Shown here: in pieces, positions 39,351 through 49,831 of the stretch
How positions within the stretch are numbered: the first letter of the stretch is position 1
Layout: each line of letters opens with the position of its first letter
Origin: Tubulanus polymorphus
Taxonomy: Eukaryota; Animalia; Nemertea
Direction of reading: 5' to 3'
Assembly (NCBI RefSeq): GCF_964204645.1
Contig: NW_027437437.1
Location: 62,001 to 126,000, forward strand
DNA length: 64,000 nucleotides
Translations under genes and position numbers: made by a program
The notes under the pieces: model-generated
Seen by the model: the letters and a program-made list of their open reading frames with translations, nothing else
Database searches by the model: none
Told to the model about the DNA's origin: nothing

Positions 39351-40787
39351 ATGGCAGAAGGTGGAGAAGATATTCCAATAGATACTTTTGGTGACGCTCC
39401 CGGCATAAGTGATGAACAACCACCTGATTTTAGTGAAACAAGTTTTAGTAATGATGGTAATGAGCCAGAATATAATTCTAATTTAAATACACCTGAAGTT
39501 GTTCCTGGTTCTAAACCCCAATCAACAAATGAATATATTAAAGGAGCTAGATCGAAAATACGTGCTGAAAATTTAGTGCCAGGTTTAATAAATAAAGAAT
39601 TAAATTATGATGAAATCTGGTTTCAATATAACAGATAAAGGTATGGATATATTAGCAAAAGATTTGAAATATTTAAAGGGTGTTTATTATTGGAAATTGA
39701 AAGGCGACTATCATTTTATTATTTTAAATATTAAAAGTAACGATAAAATAATAGCACAATCAACTTTTAAATTATTAGAACAATCTAGAATTAAGAAAAT
39801 CAATAATGATGTTATAACTGATGTTACAAAAAAGAAAGATCTGTTAATTTAAAAGAATTTAAACAAAGATATGCTAAATTTTTTAAGATCATTAATGAAA
39901 AATTAGAACCAGAAACAATTACTAAAGAAGTTATTAATTCCAAAACTAGTAAACCTAATTCAATAGAAGTTCAAACTGAAAAACTTTTACCGAAGGGATT
40001 ACTTGGTGCAACAGATCAAGAATTAGAAAATTTAAATATATTTTCTGATGAAGCAATTAGAGAGATTATTAGTATAAGAAATGCATCTGATAAAATTGCG
40101 CATGAAAAAAATATAAGAGATTTAAAAATTAGAACTTTAGAAAAAGAATTAACTGATAAAAATGAAGAAATAGAACAATTAGATAGAGATAATAAAGTTA
40201 TTGAAGAAATAGAATATAGGCAAAAAGAATTACGTTTAGAAAAAGAAATTGATGATTTAAAATATAATATAGAATTACAGAAAGAAGAAAGAGATATATT
40301 ATTAAAAGAATATGGTAATAATCTTAAAAGGTTAAAAGATGTTTTTAAAAGATATCTAATAAAACCAAATTCTGAAATATCATTGAAAGATAGAATAAGA
40401 TTATTATTTAAATTAGAAGGAATAACAATTCTCTCAATTCTAACAGCTGTAACTATGGTATTTACAACAATTGGTTTAGCTATATCAAATTCTTTAAAAT
40501 CTACTCCTACTCCCAATAAACCGGATAAACCCCCAGGTAATAATTCTATACAAGATAAAGTTAAAGATGGTTTCAAGAAATCAGCAAAATATTTATGGGA
40601 ACTATCTAAAAAATCTGCTGCAGCTTTACCAGGAATTATTGCATCAATTGTTGGTTTTATATTGAAATCTGCAGGAAACATTCTTAACTTTGCTGCTGAA
40701 CATATTATTTTATTTTTAATTACAGTTGTAAGTGCTATTATTTTTGGGTTAGTAAATATGATATCAAAAAATATCAAGAAAGAATAA
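39351..40787 (+). pseudogene. Long coiled-coil protein with C-terminal multi-TM region
   Basis: MAEGGEDIP... start; fragments in several frames; three hydrophobic segments at 40383-40787. Confidence 0.72.
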
Positions 40788-40836
40788 TAAAAAATAAACA
40801 TAATCAAAATAAATAATTAATTTTTTTGTTAAATAA

Positions 40837-42016
40837 ATGAGTGGGAGTTATATCAATCCTTCTAAGAATCATAGAATATCTAATGCTATTAAAGCAGAAA
40901 GATCACATCATATAATTACTCATAACCCTTCTAATATTAATCCCGATGAAACTTTATATGTTAGAATTCCTCGATTAACACAAAATACTTTTTATGTTCC
41001 AAATAGTATTTATTTATCAGCTGATATAAAAGTAATCGGTAATAATAATAATTATGTTGTTGATAATGTTGGAAGATATTTGATTAAAAAGTTAACAATA
41101 AAGATTGGTCCAGAAACAGTTTTCTCATTAGATGATTATAATTTATTTATGCATTATAAAGATTTATGGTTAACTAAAGAAAATAGAAATAATATGATAT
41201 TTCAGGGTATTCAATCGGAAAACCATAATAAATTAAGATCAGGAGCTAATGACGCAATAGTAACTCGTGCCACAGATAATTTGATTAAAAAGATTTATGG
41301 AAGCAAATATAAAATCCCATTAGACTTTGAATTGATAAACAATAATGCACCTTTATATAAATACGCAATTCAAGAAGATGTTATATTCGAAATAACATTT
41401 GCTCCTGTAAATGAAATTGTATTATCTAGCGTTGTTAAAGATATGAGTTATAAATTATCAAATATATGTTTAGAATATGATACAGTAACTGATGAAAATA
41501 TTGCTAGCACAATTCAAACTCAATACAATCAAGGATTTTCATTATTATATGATTATATTGATAAATTTAAAACCGTAACTATTAATGCAAATGATGAAAT
41601 TATTAATGAGAATATTAACTTCCCAAGAAGATCTATTAAAGGTATATTAATATTTTTTTACCATTGCAACATATTCTAATGGTGCAATACTGGTTGATAA
41701 GTATTATAATCCTGAAATAACAAAAGTAGAAATAACTATCGAAGGAATAGCAAATAAAATATTTTGTCAAGGAATGAGAATGATAGATCAATGGCCAGAA
41801 ATTAGAAAACATTTTATGAATGAAAAAGTGAAATCATCTGAAAATTGTAATATTAATCAAATTGATTATTATACCGGTATTAAATATGCATTATGGTTAG
41901 ATTTTAGAACAACAGAGGATAATTCATTACATGGTTCTGGAAAAAAACTACAGAACACTTAAGATGGAATACAATTATTCATGACAAAGAAAAAAGGAAG
42001 CCTAAATTTCAAAATG
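40837..42016 (+). pseudogene. Major capsid protein, copy B (frameshift ~41660; last ~25 codons deleted)
   Basis: Highly similar to 20311-21552; homology stops abruptly after AAATTTCAAAATG. Confidence 0.87.
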
Positions 42017-42573
42017 TAACAAAGGCTAATTGGGCAAAACATTATAAATTAATAACAAAAGGTGGAAATGATTCAGCCCATGCAATATAGGTATTTAAAT
42101 CTTGGTGTGAAAAATGTAAAGAATATGTAATATATGATAAACAATTGAATCATAAATACTCAATTAAACATATTGGTACAGATAATGTAATAGAAAATCC
42201 AACAGTTATAAATCCAAAATTTAATAAAATGAATATATTAGATTATCGGTGGTATAGAAAAACATTTATAGATTATTTCTCGAGTAATGATATAGTTACC
42301 ATATTGAAAAAGTTAGATAACTTTAAACCAAATGTTACTGATGCAATGAACTTATTTGAACTTAAATATGATGATTTTAGAGAATTTTTAAATAAACATC
42401 CATCTAAAACTGAAATCGAAAATTATATTCCAAAAATATTTTCAAGAGAAACATTCAATAAATATAAACTCGGGAATCGTTTAGGAATTATACCAATGAA
42501 AATGCAAAGGAATATACGGTTAGAATATGATAAGCTTAAAGAAAAATATGAAAATGAAAATGAAAAAGATTAA
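42017..42573 (+). pseudogene. 3' remnant of the variable zinc-finger gene, copy B
   Basis: WCEKCKEYV......H.YSI.H and YRKTFIDY align only weakly with copy A CEKC...H.ISI.H and YRSIFIDY. Confidence 0.6.
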
Positions 42574-42588
42574 TTTCCATTTATATAT

Positions 42589-42908
42589 TGATGGATGAAT
42601 GGATGAGTTGGATGAGTTGGATGAGTGGAAGAGTGGATGAGTGTAATAATATATATATTTTACTTTTTAACACATGAATTGGAAGAATAGTATGAGTATA
42701 AATATAATATTTGTATTCTTTTTTAAATTTAACACAATATATATATATTATTAAAATAATATTTAAATGTAGTATAAAATTGATAAAATAACTTCAAATC
42801 AAACTCTTACTGTTTTAAAAATAAAAAACATATGTAAATTATATATTATTACACTCATCCATTCATCCAATTCATCCAATTCATCCAATTCATCCACTCA
42901 TCCACTCA
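42589..42908. repeat. Inverted arrays of 8-9-bp GGATGA(G/A)T repeats around an AT-rich core (copy B)
   Basis: ~6 units plus GTGTAATAATATAT on the left, mirrored by ATATTATTACAC plus ~6 TCATCC units on the right. Confidence 0.9.
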
Positions 42909-43159
42909 AACACATTCAAAATTCTATAATATTTTAAATTAGGATTTTATTTTGTAAATTTATATTCATACGGAAATTAAAGCCTCAGTAATAATAAATA
43001 ACCTTTATTATTTTCAAACTAATTCATATATTAGTTGAAAAAAATAAAAATAAATTGGTTGAAATTATATGAATAATATTTATTTTAAAAATGGGGTTTC
43101 AAGCATTAATGTATTTAATACGTATCTAATACGTATTAGATAGATAGATATATAAATAG

Positions 43160-43775
43160 TTATTTTATAAATTTATATTCATATGGAAATTGTAGTCTCA
43201 GTAATAATTTTGAACCTTTATTATTCTTTAATTTATTCATATATTCATCATGTAATTCAGTAGGTATAATTTGATTTTCTTCCAATGATTGTTGCATAGA
43301 TTTTCTATCTTTGTTATAAAATAAAACTAGAAATCTTATATTCTCCCTAAAGTCTTTAACAATTGAATTATATTTTTGATTTAAAACCCATGTTGTTATC
43401 CCAAAATGTCTTCCAGAGAAAGCTAGATAACATAACTCACTTTCTCTCACTTTTGAATCATGTAAATTAGCGCAATCATCTACAATGAATAATGTATTTG
43501 ATCCTTTATAATCAATTATCAATTGCTATTTTTATACAATTATCTAAATTGTCTTTTACTGTTTTAGGATCTAATATAATAAACTTTTTCATCTTAACTA
43601 TATCTCTATTATATGTTTTATTCATTTCATAAGTAGGACAAAATAATATTATATTATCAAAATGATTCTCATAAATAGTTTCTAACAAGTCTAATATGAA
43701 ATGTGTTTTACCACAGTTTGTTACTCCAGTAACTAACATATTATGAGGTTCAAATATAAATAAATCTTTATTCAT
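43160..43775 (-). pseudogene. A32-like packaging ATPase, copy B (single frameshift ~43515)
   Basis: GVTNCGKT, FIVDD, SGRH. Confidence 0.92.
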
Positions 43776-44859
43776 TTATTCTTTTAATTTTACTAGATAA
43801 AATCCATTCATTAAATTTATCATCGTATCCTTTATATTTCACCAAAGAATACTTTTTTCCTTTAAGAGTTTTTGTTTTCAATACTTTTTCTATTTTGTAT
43901 TCTATTTCATCTGGATTTGGTACAAGTGATAATTCTTGTTCATAGAAATAACCTAATATTTCTTCATCTTTTAGATCTTCTAGTTTATAAACAAAAGGTT
44001 TAGTTAATATTATCTTTTTAATCTTAAATATTTCTTCAGTAAAATTAGGAGTATAACCTTTATAAAATGTTTTTCGATATTTAGATATTCTAACATGTTG
44101 TCTAATTTTAAATTTAGGTTCACCGAAATCATGTGTAACAAATGCTCCATATAAATTATTCCAAACTATTTCCGAATTATCTTCTTTTCTAGCTTGTATA
44201 GGTTTCATATTTATAGAACTATGTTTAGAATTATTATAACCTTTCACCAAATCATCTAACACACCGATATATTTATATGTTTCATTAGCAGTAAAGTATT
44301 TCCACATTCTAGTTTTCAATGTTTTATTAAATCTTTCTATAATAGATGCTTTTTTATCTGAGTGTGTTGAAAAATATTCTACATCGTTATCAGATAATAG
44401 TTTTTTTAAATGTTTGTTATAAAATTCCTTACCTTCATCAAATTGTATCTTATCTGGAATAGCTTCTTTAAATATTGATTTAAAAGCATTTGTTACTTCT
44501 ATTCCAGTTTTATTTTTGATTGGAATTGACCATGCGTATCTACTGAATATATCTATAACATTCAGTATCCAGAAATATCCGTTGTTGTATTCCTCTAAGT
44601 TCTTCATGTCAATTAAATCTGCTTGCCATTGTTGATCGATATATGAAACCATAACTTTTCTTGTTAAATAAGTTTTATCCATTTTCTTGTGTATTTGATA
44701 TGTTGGTTGATTTTGTAACCATAATCTTAGTTCACTATATTTTATATTACCATTTTCTTTATCAGATTTAATTTTATTCCATAATTCTAAAACGTTAGAA
44801 TATGATACTTCACTCTCTGGGTTATAATATAACTCTCTTAAATATTGTTCTTTTTTCAT
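43768..44859 (-). CDS. Retroviral-like (rve) integrase with C-terminal chromodomain, intact 363 aa
   Basis: DDE motifs WQADL, IQFDEGKEF, IERFNKTLK; chromodomain YKIEKVL...LVKYKGYDDKFNEW. Confidence 0.95.
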   Translation of the reverse strand: MKKEQYLRELYYNPESEVSYSNVLELWNKIKSDKENGNIKYSELRLWLQNQPTYQIHKKMDKTYLTRKVMVSYIDQQWQADLIDMKNLEEYNNGYFWILNVIDIFSRYAWSIPIKNKTGIEVTNAFKSIFKEAIPDKIQFDEGKEFYNKHLKKLLSDNDVEYFSTHSDKKASIIERFNKTLKTRMWKYFTANETYKYIGVLDDLVKGYNNSKHSSINMKPIQARKEDNSEIVWNNLYGAFVTHDFGEPKFKIRQHVRISKYRKTFYKGYTPNFTEEIFKIKKIILTKPFVYKLEDLKDEEILGYFYEQELSLVPNPDEIEYKIEKVLKTKTLKGKKYSLVKYKGYDDKFNEWILSSKIKRINE

Positions 44860-44865
44860 CTTCTT

Positions 44866-45264
44866 TTAATCCATTAATAATAATCTTGGTTTATTTTCAA
44901 CGATTTTAACATTTGACTTATTTTCTGGTATAATAGGTTTACTGTCTGTACACGGATAACTAAGTTTCCGATTGTCATTGGAATCATCTTTATCATCAGA
45001 TTTGAATTTTGATGTATATATTACACCGCATAATATAATAACTGTTACTAATCCAATTGTAATATATAATTTATAATTGCTTCCAGCATTAGAAGAATCA
45101 GATGGATTATTATTTGAATGAATATCAGATAAAGTCTGTGATTCATTTATATCAGTTAATTTCTTTTTCTTAGCTTTTTTTAATTCTGAAGATCTTTTAC
45201 CTAATTCTCTTGCCCATATAATTTGTTTCTCGGATCTAGCCTTTTTCTTAACTCCATCACTCAT
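44866..45264 (-). CDS. Small basic plus TM protein (132 aa)
   Basis: Intact in copies A and B; YITIGLVTVIILCGVIY hydrophobic segment. Confidence 0.75.
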   Translation of the reverse strand: MSDGVKKKARSEKQIIWARELGKRSSELKKAKKKKLTDINESQTLSDIHSNNNPSDSSNAGSNYKLYITIGLVTVIILCGVIYTSKFKSDDKDDSNDNRKLSYPCTDSKPIIPENKSNVKIVENKPRLLLMD

Positions 45265-45269
45265 TTATT

Positions 45270-45861
45270 TTAGTTAATTTTTGTTCTGATATCATTTTCT
45301 GTTTCGACGTTTGGTTGTAGTACATCTGTTTCGTTCTTACCTGATTTATATTCCATAGGCTTGATGTTCGAAAATGTTATGACGCCAGTAGAAATTAATG
45401 TCATAACCGATCCTAATTGAAATGAAGCATATCCGACCCATTTTTGTAATTCAGTCATAACTAAATAGTCATTTTTCAAATCACTATATAATTTATTTTC
45501 ATCATCAATTGGTATTAACTGGTTACATAACTTAGAATAACATTTGACAATACCATCTGAAATAGAATCATTTATTCTAGCTAATCTAGCTTCTTCATAA
45601 ATCTTAAAATATTTCATTACTTTATCGGGTTTCATAGCATCTAATTCTTGAAAAGTAATTATTTTCCCGATAAACTGATTATATTTCCCGCCAGCAATTA
45701 ATAATTCTAGATGGTGTTTACAATATAAATAGTATTCATAATCAATATTACAATTAATATTATTTTCAATTTTGATTGGAATATCCTTATTATCACTAAT
45801 GCCTAAATCATCTAATGTTTTTTCATATGTTGGTATTATTCTTATTTGATTTCTTTGACAT
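45270..45861 (-). pseudogene. Polinton hypothetical protein
   Basis: Orthologue of 25264-25873; TAAATG start at 45861; disrupted. Confidence 0.7.
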
Positions 45862-46973
45862 TTATATTAGAGAAAAAAGCAAGAAAAATATTATAAGTAT
45901 TCTTCAAAAGATACTAGCTAGTTAAAGCTAAAGAATTTCTATTCGGATCTATTCAAAATATAAAGTATTCTCTTTTGAAAAGAAAGTATTAAAAATATAA
46001 TAGAATTCACTAGCTAGTTGAAGTTTTTGTTTTTTAAATACTTTTTATTTAGATTAGGATTTAGATTATCTCACTAATATTGTTTATCTATAGGAGCAGT
46101 AACTATAACTGTCCAGATAAGTCATTTCGGATTCTCGATAATAAATCCTAAAACTGAAAATAAATTCAAAGAAACGACTGGTGGAAATACTATTTCATAA
46201 ACACATATATTTTGTTATACAATCATTATCGATTTCTACATTCCTCACCGGGCGTCTGAGGCCCGGCAAGTTATGCGTGGAATGCAGGAATCAATAAAAT
46301 ACAATACAACATCTGTCACTGTGTGTCATTAACAACAGCTTAATGACGCAATTGACATTCCGACAAACGTAATGCATTGGAAGCCTATACAGTATGGCTA
46401 AACTGCTACATGTCTCATGAGTTGAAATATCCATTATTTCTGATTCCACATCCATCTATCTTCACTTTCTTGATTCAATGGCCTTCATTTTGTTATCTAA
46501 AAGATAAATATCTAGCGTAGAATAAAACTAACTTGAAGTTGTAGTTGTAAAATATTAATTACAACACTTAAACATGACCATTTTGTGGCGCATCTTACCA
46601 GGATAAGTTTTACATGTTTAGCGTTTTCCAACGCCTTAATAACAACAAAAACCGTACTTACATTTATAACTGTAAACTCCTAAAATTGTGTTTATAGAGA
46701 GAATATCCTATACGTTCCTATGCTTATGTGCTGCGCGTTTATAACTGGCAGTTATTCACTAGCTAAACACTGTCTGTGCAACAGATGTTCCTTCTTTTGT
46801 AATATAATTGATTAATCCTTTTCAACTAAAATAACACACCCGATCAATATTCAAATGAGATACACCCTATTCAACTGAATATGAAATACGGCACAGATGT
46901 TTTTGTAAACAACCTAATACAATTACATACAGGCGGTTTGACATAGATCGAGAGTAACCGGTTTTCTAAGCGT

Positions 46974-47627
46974 TTAACATTCAACGTATTTTTCATTATG
47001 TGTTGAGTTCCATAATTCAACAAATGTCTTTGCTTCATCCAGTTGATCTAAATATAACTGTATATCTAGTTTATTAGATTTAATTATATTTTCTTTCTTT
47101 TCAAGAGGTCTTAAATTTCTCCAGTTCTATATTAGCTTCTTATTATAATCATCACTCATGTCAAATTTAGATATTGGTAACAGGTGATCAATATGGTAAT
47201 AATCCCCATAATTATCTATATTCATTTTATCATCGAATTGAAATATAATCCATGATTTGAGAAATTCATCTGAACAACCCAATAAATTAGATAGTGTTTC
47301 TGAATGTGTTTCTTTGTTGAATAATTGTGTTAATCTAGATCTTAAACATTGTTTCAATCTAAAATTAAGATCTGTTTGATATCTTTCTCTCATATATTCT
47401 GCCATATAATAATTATAATGTTCTATATTATCTTCTCGGTATTGTTTGGTATATAGTTTAAAACAAGTTTTAAAGCAATATTGAAAACCATCTTTGCTAA
47501 TCTTACGCTTACTAAATTCTGTTAAAGCTAATTTATCTAATTCACATTTAGAACACTTCTTGTAGTATATATTTATAACACCAGCGTTATTTGTTATATC
47601 GATAGTTTGTGGTTGTTCTGGTTCCAT
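46974..47627 (-). pseudogene. HNH endonuclease (large-DNA-virus/phage type), one premature stop
   Basis: KKCSKC...KDG...C, LLGCS, NYGDYYHIDHLLPISKFD, then *NWRNLRPLEKKENIIKSNK. Confidence 0.85.
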
Positions 47628-48216
47628 TTATTATACATATTTTTTTACTAAATTGATTTTAGAAGTTCAATGATTTATATTATGTATTATCTCAATCACA
47701 CTTAACTAACACTTTTAATGTTTAAAAATCTAACTCACACAAATATAAATATTGAAATAATGTTGTAAATATATACTTTTATATCTATTCTATAAGAGCT
47801 CACACTTTACTCACACTTTTATATTGAATAATCTATCAATTTATATGTTATTCATATATATTTTATTCATGTATATGATTATTTTAAGAGTAATAGGGAT
47901 AATAGGCTTTCAAGCGGTCGAGCGGTCGAGTTCATTAATAACAAATATTAAAAGTAATTTAAAACTATAATATATTTTCATAACCGTGTGTATTTCAGTT
48001 GAATAATAGAATAATTATTATTATTAAAATATATTTGATTATATGAATTTGTGTATTGTATTAAATTATTGATATCTTAGAATGAATATTTAGTTATAAT
48101 ATAAAATGCACACGGTTATGAAAATATATTATAGTTTTAAATTACTTTTAATGTTTTGTTTTTTAATGAGCTCGACCGTTCGACCTTTGATCTGAAAGCC
48201 TATTATCCCTATTACT
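47628..48216. repeat. Right TIR; last 328 bp (47889-48216) are self-inverted
   Basis: Reverse complement of the left TIR; inner AGTAATAGGGATAAT at 47889. Confidence 0.92.
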
Positions 48217-49345
48217 GGTGTATTTTTTTCATGTCGCGTATTAACTTAAAGACTTTTTCGGAGAGTGAGAGAACTTGTAGGTCTAGACATACAATTTTTT
48301 TTCGGATTGAGACTTACTAAGTGTTTGTAGTTCTTTATTAAGCTTCTTTTCCACTAGGAGTTCTCTTTCGATAGCTTTGTGCCGTAGTTCATCGTTTTCG
48401 GAGGACGCAGACAGGAGTTTGTCAACAAATTTTGATTGAAGTTCTCTAAACATAGCCATACAGGGAGTATGCGAAATGGATGTATCTTGATACGTGTTGG
48501 TGGAGGCGTCACTCAGAGCAGATGATTTTGGCTCGGTTTCAGTGTTCGTTGATGCGCATGCCATGGAGGGCGTATCGAATGGTGAGAAGAAGTCCGACGG
48601 AATAGCGCATATACAATACTCACATTGAAATGTACGCTTCGTTTTATGCAGAACATAAAGTTGGTAGCGGGGCAACTTAGTGCATTTATAATGCAGCCAG
48701 CTTGCGCAGCTTTTGCATTCGATCATGCGTTCATCATCTGGCAACGCGCAGAGAGTGCAGCTATAGTTCATCGACGGTTCAGAAACGGTTCTGTCGTTAG
48801 TAGCACAGTGAGATGGCGGTTCTTCAGTACATACAGGTTCGCTTAGAGTTGCTCGGCACGTTGTCGGAAACTCGATCCTCTGGGTTTTACAGAATAGGCT
48901 GAGAGGTGTGGATTTCATAGTCCCTAGCAAATCTATGGAATGTACTATAACATCCTCTAGCGGGTGTTTCAGAGGTCACGGGCATCGCGAAGACTCGAGA
49001 ATTTCTTAAAAGAGGGATTTGATACTCCCTTTACCGAGGCCTCACACGTGTCCCGAGATGTGTGTATGCCGCGATCACGGCCGACCGCGACGGCGTAGTA
49101 CCAGTTCTTTTGTTTGCTCGGCGCCATGTTTGTTGTTGTTGACGTTGTTTTAGGCAGTTTCAGAACGCGACGCAAATCGATGAATTTAAGATAGACGATA
49201 GATGATTTAGTTCAAATGAGGAGCACAGATAGTTAATCAGCACTTACGATTGATAGATGTAAATGACAGACGAACTCGATCGGTCAAAATAGTGAAGAAA
49301 TCTCAGATTTAAAGGGAGCGCTGCAAAAACATGTTAGCGTTCAGA
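48217..49345 (-). mobile_element. 5' part of the CR1/L2-like LINE: 5' UTR and ORF1 with RNase H1-N/viroplasmin-like domain and PHD finger
   Basis: WYYAVAVGRDRGI......C...VKG.....FKKFSS...A; CTLC...MIECKSCASWLHYKC...FQCEYC; joins 30764 across the GGTGTA TSD. Confidence 0.82.
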
Positions 49346-49786
49346 GGTGATCTCAACTGTTACTCAACTGTTACATATCAGAAGTTTCACTGAAAACACT
49401 GTATTTCAGTATGGCACTATCTTTCGTTCGTTGGCGCATCTGAAATTGCATTTTTTTGAGCTAGAATATTGTTTGATTTTTTCCATATGCCTTTTAGTAC
49501 CGATTCATGGGTCTCGGGGTTAAACTGGGATTTTGCTTGCTGATAATTAAGCGATATGGCTAAGGTGGATATACTGATATTGGATTGGGGTGAATTTAGA
49601 AGCTCGCGCATAGTGATACAATTGGCTTTTCTTAAAAATTCAATTTTTTGTTTTGTACTTATCGAGTAATGAGCGATCAAGTAGTACGTGTTGAAATTCT
49701 GGTCGAACTTCATATAATTCAGATATACGTACCAACCATGAATATTTCATTGCGCTCAGCTTTAACTTTATTTATGAACAGACTGA

Positions 49787-49831
49787 AGTTCTCTTTCGAT
49801 AGCTTTGTGCCGTAGTTCATCGTTTTCGGAG
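49787..49831 (+). repeat. 45-bp exact copy of 48359-48403
   Basis: AGTTCTCTTTCGATAGCTTTGTGCCGTAGTTCATCGTTTTCGGAG at both sites. Confidence 0.9.

Larger units (their letters stand above)
30765..48216 (+). mobile_element. Polinton/Maverick copy B, full length (17,452 bp), 6-bp TSD GGTGTA
   Basis: AGTAATAGGGATAAT...ATTATCCCTATTACT termini; GGTGTA at 30759-30764 and 48217-48222; pPolB, minor and major capsid, ATPase and integrase. Confidence 0.97.

Noticed and set aside
40016-40807. 263-aa minus-strand ORF (and 19831-20346, 21576-21947)
   Set aside because: Antisense shadows of AT-rich plus-strand genes, with no motifs or TAAATG start.
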